From the IMG/VR virus record IMGVR_UViG_3300021962_000031: a DNA stretch of 64,000 nt; one strand, 5' to 3'. This DNA comes from a virus. This document shows positions 8,856 through 19,025 of the stretch, piece by piece. The notes beneath the pieces are model-generated. The model saw only the letters and a list, made by a program, of their open reading frames with translations. It did no database searches and was not told the DNA's origin. Position 1 is the first letter of the stretch. Every line of letters starts with the position of its first letter. The translations under genes were made by a program, and so were the position numbers.

Positions 8856-10815
8856 TTTTGATAAGAGTCCATCCGGGTCCATTACCCTCAAGGCGCCCTC
8901 CTCCGGCTCGGTCTCGCTGACCCTGCCATCAGCGGACGGCACCAACCGTCAGCTACTTTCGACCAATGGCTCGGGTACGCTCAGCTTCATCACGCTGATC
9001 GCCTCCGACATCCCGACGCTGACCGCGTCCAAGATCAGCGACTTCGACACGCAGGTCAGGACGAGCAGGCTGGATCAGATGGCGGTGCCAACCGCCTCGG
9101 TCAACCTGAACAGCCAGAAGATCATCAACCTGGCCACCCCCACCAACGCCACCGATGCGGCTAACAAGGATTATGTCGATAGCGTCAGCCAGGGGCTGGA
9201 CCCGAAGAACTCCGTCCATGTCGCTACGACAACCAACCTGAACCTGTCCTCGCCTGGTGGCACAATTGATGGCGTCACCATGGTGTCGGGCGACCGGGTC
9301 CTGGTGAAGGATCAGACCACCGCCAGCCAGAACGGCATCTATGTCTGGAACGGTGCCGCTTCGGCCATGACGCGGGCCTCGGACGCCGACAGTGTCACCA
9401 AGCTCAACGGCGGCGCCTTTGTCTTCGTGGAAGAGGGTACTACCTACGCCACCACAGGCTGGGTGCTGCAACAGCCGGTCGGCAACTATGTGCTGGGCAC
9501 CACCGCCCTGACATGGTCGCAGTTCTCCGGCGCAGGCCAGATCACCGCCGGGACCGGCCTGACCAAGTCGGGCAACACGATTGCGCTGATCACTCCCGTC
9601 ACCACGGCGAACGGCGGCACCGGCCTGACCACGGTCGGCACGGGTTTCCTGAAAGGCAACGGTTCTACCCTCAGCTACGCTACCCTCACCTCCGGTGATA
9701 TCCCCGACCTGTCGGCCACCTATGTGACCCTGTCGGGCAACCAGACGATCTCGGGCATCAAGACCTTCTCAGCAGCTCCGATCCTCTCGACATTGACCGG
9801 CTACCTGAAAGGCAACGGGGCCAGTGCCCTCACGGCCTCCTCGACTGTGCCAGCCTCTGACATCTCGGGCACACTGGGCGTCAGCAACGGTGGCACCGGA
9901 GCCAACACGCTCACCAGCAATGGCGTGCTGTTGGGCAACGGCACCTCGGCCGTCCAAGCGACCGCCGCAGGAACTGCCAATCAAGTGCTGCGTGTCCCCG
10001 GGGCCGGTGGGGCACCCGCCTTCGGGGCCATCAACCTCGCCAGCACCTCGGCTGTCACCGGCACGCTCCCCATTGCCAACGGCGGTACGGGCCAGACGGC
10101 GTTCGCCTCGGGCATCCTCAAGAGCGACGGCACCAACCTGTCCTCCGGGTCGCTGTCGGCGTCGGACATCCCCGACCTCTCCTCGACCTATGTCACGCTG
10201 AACACAACCCAGACAGTCAACGGGGTCAAGACCTTTGCCAGCGGCATGTTGGTCAGTCAAATCGCCCCATCGGCCAACAACTACTTTGGCATCGGTGCTT
10301 CCGGCACTCCCCTTCGCCAGTTTGACATCTGGGTCGGCTCCAACAGCTCCAAGACCACAGACCTTTTTCCCTACAACACCTCGACCTCGTCCACTCCCGT
10401 GGACTTGTATATCGATGGTTCCAGCAATGTCATGGATTTGACCACCGGAGAGACTTGGTACTACGACGCCAGAGTTTTGGGAACCCAGACCGGCGGCACC
10501 TCGGGTACGGTAGGTGACAGCTTTGCGACCCGTTTCACGGGCGTGATCAAACGGTCTTCGGGCGGCACGACTGCGATGGTTGGATCGACCTCTCAAGATA
10601 TCGATGCCCGCGACACCGGAGCAGCCAACTGGTCGGCCACCACTACCGCTGACACAGTCAATAACGCCCTGAAGATTTCCTGCACGGGCGAGGCCAACAA
10701 GACCATCTACTGGCAGTCGAAAGTATCGTTGATCCGTGTTGGTACGCCAGCTGCTAGCGGCGGTGGCGGTGGCGGTGGAAGCGGCGCACCATTTTCTCCT
10801 CCCCCTCCAATTTGA
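8845..10815 (+). CDS. Mosaic fibre protein
   Basis: Shares a ~200-aa block with 5168-6661; NGGTG repeats; C-terminal TGEANKTIYW module and Gly/Pro tail. Confidence 0.7.
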   Translation: MPINFDKSPSGSITLKAPSSGSVSLTLPSADGTNRQLLSTNGSGTLSFITLIASDIPTLTASKISDFDTQVRTSRLDQMAVPTASVNLNSQKIINLATPTNATDAANKDYVDSVSQGLDPKNSVHVATTTNLNLSSPGGTIDGVTMVSGDRVLVKDQTTASQNGIYVWNGAASAMTRASDADSVTKLNGGAFVFVEEGTTYATTGWVLQQPVGNYVLGTTALTWSQFSGAGQITAGTGLTKSGNTIALITPVTTANGGTGLTTVGTGFLKGNGSTLSYATLTSGDIPDLSATYVTLSGNQTISGIKTFSAAPILSTLTGYLKGNGASALTASSTVPASDISGTLGVSNGGTGANTLTSNGVLLGNGTSAVQATAAGTANQVLRVPGAGGAPAFGAINLASTSAVTGTLPIANGGTGQTAFASGILKSDGTNLSSGSLSASDIPDLSSTYVTLNTTQTVNGVKTFASGMLVSQIAPSANNYFGIGASGTPLRQFDIWVGSNSSKTTDLFPYNTSTSSTPVDLYIDGSSNVMDLTTGETWYYDARVLGTQTGGTSGTVGDSFATRFTGVIKRSSGGTTAMVGSTSQDIDARDTGAANWSATTTADTVNNALKISCTGEANKTIYWQSKVSLIRVGTPAASGGGGGGGSGAPFSPPPPI

Positions 10816-10824
10816 GAGTGAACA

Positions 10825-13800
10825 ATGGCAACTAGAGTAATAGCAGCCCAGGACAAAACCTCGTCGGGGGCGGGTGATGATGTCCAGATCAAGGCCGGTA
10901 ATGCGAACACCAGCGGGGCTGGCGGCAGCATCATTATCCAGCCGGGCGCTCAGGCGACTACAGGCGGCAATGGCCTTTTGATTGTCCGCCAACCCAGCGG
11001 CGTGGCGGGGACGGACGAAATCCAGCTGTCGCACGATGGCGGCAAAGGCAGCGTCATCAACAAGGATGGCGTTTTGCAACTTGGCGGCAGCCACATCGCT
11101 CTGAGGACTACCGCCAACAATGCCAAGACCAACCTGACCGCCGGGACCATTTATTGCGATGGACTCTATTCGTCCAATATCATCAACGCTGACGGCCAGA
11201 CCAACGACAGTTATGGTTGGGCGATTGATGGAAATGGACCAAACTGGAACCAAGGCTTTAATCTGCGAGTAGGCTGGTCACACATCAAGGGGTATGCCAA
11301 CTTCGGGCTGGCCTATACTGGCGACAACACGAATGGCAAAAAGGCCACCCTTGAACTGACAGACGGCAGTACGGGTGGTGGGGCCTGGGCCTATCGGTCG
11401 TCCACGACAACAGTCAACACTTCTTACAACGATCTGAATCTGGCCGGACACTCTGCGTTCCAAAGGCTGAACGCCACCGCAGCGACCACCATCACGGGGA
11501 TCGCCCCCGCCTCTACGGCTGGTGGAGGCGTTTCTGGTCAACCCACCTGGGTTCACACCGATGGTCGTGTGTTCTGGCTGTACAATGTCGGCACCTTTAA
11601 CATCACCATCGTAAACGAGAGCGCATCCAGCACGGCGGGCAACCGCATCACCACTCAAACCGGAGCCAATGTGGTTCTCGGCCCGGGCAGGATGATGCAG
11701 ATCGTCTATGACGGCACTTCTTCTCGTTGGCGTACCAGCGGTGAAACCTACCCGTATGTCTTCCCCACCACCGACGGCACCAACGGCCAGGTTCTGACAA
11801 CGAACGGAAGCGGCACGCTGTCGTGGACGACGGTCAGCGCAGGTGCCTCCGCAAGCGGCACGACCAATTACATTGCCAAGTTCACGGGGACTAGCACGCT
11901 CGGCAATAGCCTCATATTCGACAACGGGACGAATGTCGGAATCGGTACGGCTACGCCGGGCGCAAAGTTGGAAATTCAAACGGCTGATGGCGCAGACGCC
12001 CTCGCCATGTCTGGCTACAAAACAATGAAATGGGAGTCAAACAACCACCTTGTTTATGGTGGTTACTCCGCTGGCCAATGGCAGGTTCTAAAGTTTTACA
12101 CTAATGGTTCAGAACGCATTAGGGTTGATGCAACAGGAAATGTTGGCATCGGCACGACTTCACCATTGGGTCGCCTTGATGTTGTTGGCGCCAATGTTTA
12201 CGAACCAATTCGTGGTATTACGGATTCAGCTTCCAATTTAGAGTCTGGCTCCAATAACACTTTGGGTTTGTCGGTAAACAACAGCAACACAACCGCTGGC
12301 AATGGTATTGCTATTGGCTTTAATACGGCCACAACCAACTCCACTCTTTATGGGGTTGGCGCAATCGGGTTCAACAACTTAACCCACACTACTCTTGGCG
12401 TACCCCAAGGCAAATTCCAGGTGATCACACGGGATAGTGGTGGTGGTTTGACGCCGAAGTTGACTATCGATACTTCAGGCAATGTTGGAATTGGCACGGC
12501 TTCGCCGAGCAACAACCTGTCCATTGGTGCTTCGGCTGGCAAGATTGGCTTTCAACGCGGTTCGGGGGACGGCGAATACTGCACCATCGGATTCAAATCG
12601 ACAACGGGCAATGATCGTTATGTCTTTGAGATAAATAATAGTTCGGGAACTGGCGAACTCAGGCTCAATCAGGGGGGAACCTCCACCCCCATCGGCATGA
12701 CCTTTTATACAAACAATTCCGAAAAGATGAGGATAGATTCTTCTGGAAATGTCGGCATCGGCACCACAACGATGAACGACACCCTAAATATTTATAATAC
12801 GACTTATCCCTACATTCGCCTGACCGGTAGCGTGGCCACTGCTGGTATGCGAATTGGTGTTGAATCAAACTCATTTGCCCAGGTCGGCGTTCTTCAAGCC
12901 AACATGCCCCTCACTTTTAGTACTTCGGGCACGTCTAACAACGGCTATTACGAAAGAATGCGGATTTCTCACGACGGACTCGTAGGAATTGGTTCTTCTT
13001 CGCCTGGTGCGAAGCTCCAGATAGACACCGGAGCAACCGGCACCAAAGGCCAAATCATCAAGGCTTTCCTTGGGCAGTCGGCGAATCTGTCGGAATGGCA
13101 AAGCAGCACGGGCACAGTCCTCGCATCAATCGATTCTGCGGGGCGTATGACACTTGCGGCTGGGGCTGCTGCTTCAAACGCTGATTTGTATTTCAATAAC
13201 TCAGCCTCTGTAAATCCGGCCATCAAATGGAATAATGTATCCGCACAAACAGGCTTGAGATTTTATAGCGGCTCTAACCTTATTGCAGCCATTCAAGAAA
13301 ATGGAGCAATAAGATCTACTTCTTTTCAGACTTGGGGAGGTGTGTACCTATCTGATTTTTCTGTGCAGCGTTCAGGCAGTGCTAGTATTTCATTTGGAGC
13401 AAGCGCATCTGAAGCTGGCGTAGAAATATCTAACGGAAGCAATTCTACTTTAGGCATAGCCTCAAGAATAAGCACTACTTACAGTGGCACTAAGGGTCTT
13501 GTTGTCAAAGGTGTGGCCTCGCAGACGGCCAACCTGACGGAGTGGCAAAACAGTTCAGGCACAGTCCTAGCCAGCGTTTCTTCTGCTGGACAGCTTAATC
13601 TTGGCACGGCTACTTCTGGTAGCAAGCAGTTGACAATTGCCAGCAATGCTGGCGATCCAGGGATTTTGATTTACAAATCTCCCGATGGCTCACTGAATTC
13701 TTCGCAGTTGGTAGCTGGAATAGGCACCGGAAGCAGCTCAAGCAACACCGGAACTTCCGGAGGTTCCGAGTATGGCATAATCAATGTTTACCACAACGGA

Positions 13801-16800
13801 ACAGAAAGAGCTAGGCTGTATGCCTATGATGTAGGCACTGGGCAAACTGCTAACTTTGCTTTGGACCCATTCGCTTTTGGCGCAAACACATCGCTTGCCC
13901 AAGTTTATGTGACTCCAAAAACCAACGCTATTCCAGGCATAATTGTCAGAGGCAAGGCTTCGCAAACTGCCAACCTGACGGAGTGGCAAGACAGCACTGG
14001 CACCGTGGTTGCGGCGGTAAGCCCTACGGGAGCCTTCACGGGTTCGTCGTTCACGCCCTACGGGACGTTTAACTCTACAACCACTATATTCGGGAATAAT
14101 TATTGGACCCCGAACTACACCGGAGGTGTCACCTCCCCTAGTGCTGGCACTTACACGAAGAGTACCGGCAATAATGCTTCGTGGGATGCTCAGGTATATT
14201 CGTCCGAAGGCTACACAAAGAATGTCTACTGCGCAGCGCGTGCCTCGCAAACTAATGGCTATATCATGTTTGGCCTCAATGAAGATACGGCCAATTCAAG
14301 TTACAACACAATCGATTATGCTTGGTACTTTATCGGCGACGGTGGTAGTCTGAGCATTTATGAAAATGGCACTCAGTTTTCTGGTAGCTACGGAAACTAC
14401 ACGACTTCTACTGTGTTGTCTATCACTTATGACGGAGAAAATGTTCGATACTGGAAAGATGGCGCCCTTATGCGGACGGTGGCTAGGTCAACGGGGAACC
14501 CGTTGTACTTCGACACCTCCTTCTATTCTGTCAGCGCCTCGCTGAACAGTGTTCAGTTTGGCCCCATCGGCCAGCCCTTTGGCATCTCCGGCACCGCCGG
14601 TTATCATCCGAAGTTCACGAGCCAACAGACGCTGGGCAACAGCATTGTCTACGACAATGGCACGAATGTCGGCATAGGAACAACTTCCACAACAGGTAAA
14701 TTAACGATTGCTAATAATGGCAATCAACTTACTCTTAAAGCGTATGACGGGTCACAGAACAACACAGTAAGCTTTCAGGCTATACGCGCTAATTACTCTG
14801 ATGCTGCATCGGTTCTTGCTATCTACACAAATAGCGGCAGTTCTGAGAACGAACGCGTTCGCATTATGCACACGGGAGAAATGGGTATCGGCACCCAATC
14901 TCCTGGCGGTATGCTGGATGTCCAGCAATCCAACGCTGGAGATATGCTCGTCCGAGCATGGAACACTAGCACCGCAGGCACCGGGAAATCAATAGTCCGT
15001 ATCGCCAACAGCGGCAACAATGCCCAGGGCCAGCAGATTCAGTTTTCGGACAACAACTATTACACGGGTACTGTTTCTTCTGACCGCACCAATGGTATGT
15101 CTTTTTATGTCGGTCAGATGGCCACGCCGTTGGCCTCCGAACGGGTGCGGATTGACACATCGGGCAATGTGGGGGTTGGCGCAGGAGCAAGGATTGGCTC
15201 AGGAACCGGCTACATAAACGCCGGGGCGACGGCTGCTGGGTATCTGGAGCTTTACAACGCCACATCGGGCGCCACCACCCTGATGAACACGGGCGCCTTC
15301 AATGTTCTTGTGGGCACCAACAACACCGAACGCATCCGCGTGACTTCCAGCGGGTTGGTTGGTATTGGCACAAGCACCATTGCTGGCAATAACCCGCTTG
15401 CTGATCTTCATGTTAACGATGCAAGTGGGTACGGTTCTCTACAGCTGTCGCAGTCTCCAGCTGGAGCAACCATTGATACCGGCGGCGAAATTCAGTTTGC
15501 TGCCACCTATCGGTCAACTTCTGACCTCACCCAAGTCGCCCGTATCCGTGGCCTTCGGGAAAATGCGACCAACAACAACTGGGCTGGATACCTGGCGTTT
15601 TATACCTCGACAGGGTCGGACAATCCTTCGGCGTCTACGGAGAGGATGCGAATCAACTCCAGCGGCAATGTCGGCATCGGTACGGCTTCGCCGTCATACA
15701 AGCTACAAGTAGATGGAGCTAGTGCTGACATAATTGTTGCCAACGCCACTTCTGGTTATGGTGCAATCGCTCTTTATTCTGCCGGAACAGCCAAGGCAAC
15801 AATTGGCTATGCTGGTTCTAATGCGAATTATGGTAGTCAAACGGTTGCTGGCGACGTCTCTTTTAAGACCAACAACACCAATCTCCATATTGTAAATGGC
15901 TCTGGCAACTCGGTTACTACTGCTTACTTTTCGTCAGCAGGAAATGTCGGGATTGGTAATGTCTCGCCCGGGGCGAGACTTCAGGTTGATACCGGAGCCA
16001 CCGGCACCAAGGGTCAGATTATCAAGGCGGTTGCTTCGCAGACCGCCAATCTTTCAGAGTGGCAGAACAACAGCGGCACAGCTTTAAGCTATGTCGCAAG
16101 CAACGGCGATATTTATTCAACAACTTCTTTTGTTCATTACAGTTCAGGCAACTCTGGTTATTACCTAAAACGCCCGTCGGATAACGCTACTGTAGCTTCT
16201 CTCACATGGTCATCTGGTTCTATTGAAACTAATCTGTACGCATTGACTTTCTTGAATTTAGATTCAAGTGGTGCTGGTATCCGTATGGGTAGCTGGACTA
16301 CTTGGGCTGATTCCGTCAACGCTCAGGTTATGTGGCTGAAAAACAGCAACATTATTTGGGGCAACAACGCTCTCGGTGTTACCGGCAGAACAGCGTTCAA
16401 CACTTCCGCTTTTCAGATTACAGCCGGAAGTTATGCCACCATCCCTGCCCCGACCTCGCGGTTTGAAGTGTACGGCGACTCGCAGTTCTTGAGCCAATCG
16501 ACATCGGCTAAGACAGTTATCGTCAAAGCTGCTGCTTCGCAGACGGCCAACCTTACCGAATGGCAGAACAACGGCGGTACGGCCCTAGCCTACATGGACG
16601 CCAACGGCAATTTCGCCGCCGTGACCAAGTCGTTCCTTATCCCCCACCCGACTCCTGCAAAGGCCGCTGAAGGCAAGAAGCTCCGCTACGCCTCATTGGA
16701 AGGTCCAGAAAACGGCGTCTACTTCAGGGGCAGGCTGGAAGGGGAGAATGTCATCATCCTGCCGGACTACTGGGTTGATCTCGTTGATCCAGACAGTATT

Positions 16801-16968
16801 ACGGTCAACCTGACTGCCCGAAAGTTTGCCCAACCCTCGCTCTTTGTTGTTGACGCCAACGCAGAGAGGGTCGTCATCGAATCCGACCGCCAGGTCTGCT
16901 GTGATTTTATTGTTTACGCAACGCGTAAAGATATCGCCAAGCTGGAGGTGGAGCCAGATGGCAACTAA
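10825..16968 (+). CDS. Long fibre protein (2047 aa) with NVGIGT repeats, an internal lectin-like domain and a C-terminal chaperone-like domain
   Basis: Many RI..SGNVGIGT repeats and five SQ.ANL.EWQ repeats. C-terminal KSF.IPHP..LRYASLEGPENGVYFRG..LPDYW..RKD domain, of the type found at the ends of aquatic phage fibres. Confidence 0.8.
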   Translation: MATRVIAAQDKTSSGAGDDVQIKAGNANTSGAGGSIIIQPGAQATTGGNGLLIVRQPSGVAGTDEIQLSHDGGKGSVINKDGVLQLGGSHIALRTTANNAKTNLTAGTIYCDGLYSSNIINADGQTNDSYGWAIDGNGPNWNQGFNLRVGWSHIKGYANFGLAYTGDNTNGKKATLELTDGSTGGGAWAYRSSTTTVNTSYNDLNLAGHSAFQRLNATAATTITGIAPASTAGGGVSGQPTWVHTDGRVFWLYNVGTFNITIVNESASSTAGNRITTQTGANVVLGPGRMMQIVYDGTSSRWRTSGETYPYVFPTTDGTNGQVLTTNGSGTLSWTTVSAGASASGTTNYIAKFTGTSTLGNSLIFDNGTNVGIGTATPGAKLEIQTADGADALAMSGYKTMKWESNNHLVYGGYSAGQWQVLKFYTNGSERIRVDATGNVGIGTTSPLGRLDVVGANVYEPIRGITDSASNLESGSNNTLGLSVNNSNTTAGNGIAIGFNTATTNSTLYGVGAIGFNNLTHTTLGVPQGKFQVITRDSGGGLTPKLTIDTSGNVGIGTASPSNNLSIGASAGKIGFQRGSGDGEYCTIGFKSTTGNDRYVFEINNSSGTGELRLNQGGTSTPIGMTFYTNNSEKMRIDSSGNVGIGTTTMNDTLNIYNTTYPYIRLTGSVATAGMRIGVESNSFAQVGVLQANMPLTFSTSGTSNNGYYERMRISHDGLVGIGSSSPGAKLQIDTGATGTKGQIIKAFLGQSANLSEWQSSTGTVLASIDSAGRMTLAAGAAASNADLYFNNSASVNPAIKWNNVSAQTGLRFYSGSNLIAAIQENGAIRSTSFQTWGGVYLSDFSVQRSGSASISFGASASEAGVEISNGSNSTLGIASRISTTYSGTKGLVVKGVASQTANLTEWQNSSGTVLASVSSAGQLNLGTATSGSKQLTIASNAGDPGILIYKSPDGSLNSSQLVAGIGTGSSSSNTGTSGGSEYGIINVYHNGTERARLYAYDVGTGQTANFALDPFAFGANTSLAQVYVTPKTNAIPGIIVRGKASQTANLTEWQDSTGTVVAAVSPTGAFTGSSFTPYGTFNSTTTIFGNNYWTPNYTGGVTSPSAGTYTKSTGNNASWDAQVYSSEGYTKNVYCAARASQTNGYIMFGLNEDTANSSYNTIDYAWYFIGDGGSLSIYENGTQFSGSYGNYTTSTVLSITYDGENVRYWKDGALMRTVARSTGNPLYFDTSFYSVSASLNSVQFGPIGQPFGISGTAGYHPKFTSQQTLGNSIVYDNGTNVGIGTTSTTGKLTIANNGNQLTLKAYDGSQNNTVSFQAIRANYSDAASVLAIYTNSGSSENERVRIMHTGEMGIGTQSPGGMLDVQQSNAGDMLVRAWNTSTAGTGKSIVRIANSGNNAQGQQIQFSDNNYYTGTVSSDRTNGMSFYVGQMATPLASERVRIDTSGNVGVGAGARIGSGTGYINAGATAAGYLELYNATSGATTLMNTGAFNVLVGTNNTERIRVTSSGLVGIGTSTIAGNNPLADLHVNDASGYGSLQLSQSPAGATIDTGGEIQFAATYRSTSDLTQVARIRGLRENATNNNWAGYLAFYTSTGSDNPSASTERMRINSSGNVGIGTASPSYKLQVDGASADIIVANATSGYGAIALYSAGTAKATIGYAGSNANYGSQTVAGDVSFKTNNTNLHIVNGSGNSVTTAYFSSAGNVGIGNVSPGARLQVDTGATGTKGQIIKAVASQTANLSEWQNNSGTALSYVASNGDIYSTTSFVHYSSGNSGYYLKRPSDNATVASLTWSSGSIETNLYALTFLNLDSSGAGIRMGSWTTWADSVNAQVMWLKNSNIIWGNNALGVTGRTAFNTSAFQITAGSYATIPAPTSRFEVYGDSQFLSQSTSAKTVIVKAAASQTANLTEWQNNGGTALAYMDANGNFAAVTKSFLIPHPTPAKAAEGKKLRYASLEGPENGVYFRGRLEGENVIILPDYWVDLVDPDSITVNLTARKFAQPSLFVVDANAERVVIESDRQVCCDFIVYATRKDIAKLEVEPDGN

Positions 16969-17647
16969 TTACAATCCAGGGATCACCGTATCCAATTTGC
17001 TATTTTGTTTTGACATAGGTAACCCCAGGTCTTACCCAGCTAGTGGTTCAAGCCTTACTGACATAGGAATAAGTGGCAACAACGGCTTGTTGTACAATAG
17101 CCCGGCTTATAATTCGTCTAATGGTGGATTTCTTACATTAAATGGAACAAATAACTACATTGATTTTGGAAGTGCATCAAATCTTAAAAATACAACTTGT
17201 TCTTTTGAAGCTTGGTTTAACCCAAACGCCGTTACGGGCTATGGCGATGGTGCAGTTTTATTAAACATAACAGATGGAACTAATTGGCGAAATGGCGCAG
17301 GTCTTTATGTTTACAACAGCAGTCTTTTTGGTGGAGTGGCTAACGGTACGACGAATTATTCTGCCGGTTATGCGATAAGCACAAATAATTGGATTCAAGC
17401 CGTTATGACCTTTAGTGCTTCTTCCGGAAACTTGAAAATTTATACCAATGGCACATTGCGTAACACAACAACTGGAGCTTCTTGTGTTTTTCACGCCAAC
17501 AATAAACTTTGGTCTGGCTGGGGTGGTCCTGGCTACACTTCTTACTTAAATGCCAAAATTTCTTGTGGTCGTGTGTACTCTACGGAATTAACAGCTGATC
17601 AAGTATTTCAAAATTTTAACGCCATGCGCGGGAGGTTCGGACTCTAA
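16958..17647 (+). CDS. LamG/concanavalin A-like lectin domain protein 1
   Basis: Start reassigned to ATG 16958 (GGAGG upstream). L..D.GN.RSYP.SG, F.G..NY and Y...L...V.QNFNA.RGRFGL motifs. Confidence 0.8.
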   Translation: MATNYNPGITVSNLLFCFDIGNPRSYPASGSSLTDIGISGNNGLLYNSPAYNSSNGGFLTLNGTNNYIDFGSASNLKNTTCSFEAWFNPNAVTGYGDGAVLLNITDGTNWRNGAGLYVYNSSLFGGVANGTTNYSAGYAISTNNWIQAVMTFSASSGNLKIYTNGTLRNTTTGASCVFHANNKLWSGWGGPGYTSYLNAKISCGRVYSTELTADQVFQNFNAMRGRFGL

Positions 17648-18342
17648 TGGGACTCTCGCACTCCCCCTCCGTGCCAACCCAGAGCCTCATGCTCTACTTG
17701 GACGCAGCCAATCAACGCAGCTATCCGGGCAGTGGCACGACTTGGTTTGACCTAAGCGGCAACGGGTACAACGGCACTCTTGTCAATAGCCCCACCTTCT
17801 CGTCGTCGGGCTTCTTTACCTTCAACGGCACGAACACTACTGTCTCGGTTGCCAAACCTTTTCCCAACATTGTCGGTCAGATTTCGGTGGAAATTTGGGT
17901 AAATTTCACCAACTACGCTAGCAATCCGGCTTTGATGCATAAGGGGACTCACTACACCCTCTATATGCCTAATTCGGCGGGTGTGAATCAGTGGGCGTGG
18001 GCTGACTCTAGTAACTACAGCTATGCCAATTTCGGTTACCGTCAGGTCAGCGGTCTTTACGCTACCAACACCTGGATGCAGTTGGTTTGCACTAAAGACA
18101 CCTCCAATAATGTCCGGCTTTACAAAAACGGCGTTCTGGTAGACACCCGTACCGCTTTCGGCTCTGCTCTCTCAGCCACCAACTCCACCCTGTGGATTGT
18201 CGGATACAGCGACAATGACACCACCCCTTCCAGCAATGTTTTGAACGGGAGCGTGGCCGTAGCCAAGGTTTACAATTCCACCCTTTCCGATGCCGATATC
18301 CTTCAGACTTTCAATGCCCTTCGGGGGAGGTTCGGCTTATGA
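17647..18342 (+). CDS. LamG-like lectin domain protein 2
   Basis: LYLDAAN..SYPGSGTTWFDLSGNG; ends RGRFGL. Confidence 0.8.
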   Translation: MGLSHSPSVPTQSLMLYLDAANQRSYPGSGTTWFDLSGNGYNGTLVNSPTFSSSGFFTFNGTNTTVSVAKPFPNIVGQISVEIWVNFTNYASNPALMHKGTHYTLYMPNSAGVNQWAWADSSNYSYANFGYRQVSGLYATNTWMQLVCTKDTSNNVRLYKNGVLVDTRTAFGSALSATNSTLWIVGYSDNDTTPSSNVLNGSVAVAKVYNSTLSDADILQTFNALRGRFGL

Positions 18343-19004
18343 GTGTTCATGGTGGCCCGAACAATACCGGCACAGGTCTTCTTCTGTCGTTGGATGCTGG
18401 CAATGCTCGTTCTTATCCAGGGTCGGGGTCGATTTGGTACGACCTGAGCGGCAACGGGCGGAACGTCACTCTGAACGCCAATTGCAGTTTCACCAGCACC
18501 AAGGGCGGGGGAATCGTCTTTAATGGCTCAACCGCCTATGGCGATTTCGCCATCAACAATGTTTTTGCTGGGTCCGGCCCATTCACCTTTGAGGCGTTCT
18601 ATTACAACGCTTCGGGGACAGGGACGATTATCAACAACTACGGCGCAGGCTATACCACCAACAGTCTGTGGTTGTTCGGCGGGGGCATCTGGCTGAATGC
18701 CACCACCGGGTACATCACGACCAGCAACTACTCCATGATTAACGGAACGCACCACATTTTGGTAACAAGAGATAGCAGTGGCTATTTTAACTCGTGGTTT
18801 GACGGCGTGCAGTATGTCACCAACGGCGGTCCCAACACCGCCTCGGTTGTGTCCAACATCAACTGGAGAATCGGGGCTGATGTCAACACGGGCGCCGAGC
18901 AGTTCAACGGCCATATTTACCAGATCAAGGTTTACAATTTTGCCCTGACCCCCACCACGATTCGCCAGCATTTACACGCTCACAGGAACCGCTTCAGCCT
19001 GTAA
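18339..19004 (+). CDS. LamG-like lectin domain protein 3
   Basis: LSLDAGN.RSYPGSG..WYDLSGNG; ends RNRFSL. Confidence 0.8.
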   Translation: MSVHGGPNNTGTGLLLSLDAGNARSYPGSGSIWYDLSGNGRNVTLNANCSFTSTKGGGIVFNGSTAYGDFAINNVFAGSGPFTFEAFYYNASGTGTIINNYGAGYTTNSLWLFGGGIWLNATTGYITTSNYSMINGTHHILVTRDSSGYFNSWFDGVQYVTNGGPNTASVVSNINWRIGADVNTGAEQFNGHIYQIKVYNFALTPTTIRQHLHAHRNRFSL

Positions 19005-19025
19005 TACAGGTAAGGAGACACTACG

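Noticed and set aside
446-11253. Long - strand ORFs (446-1849, 2507-3283, 3583-4725, 9769-11253)
   Set aside because: Antisense shadows of GC-rich, codon-biased + strand genes; no recognisable motifs.
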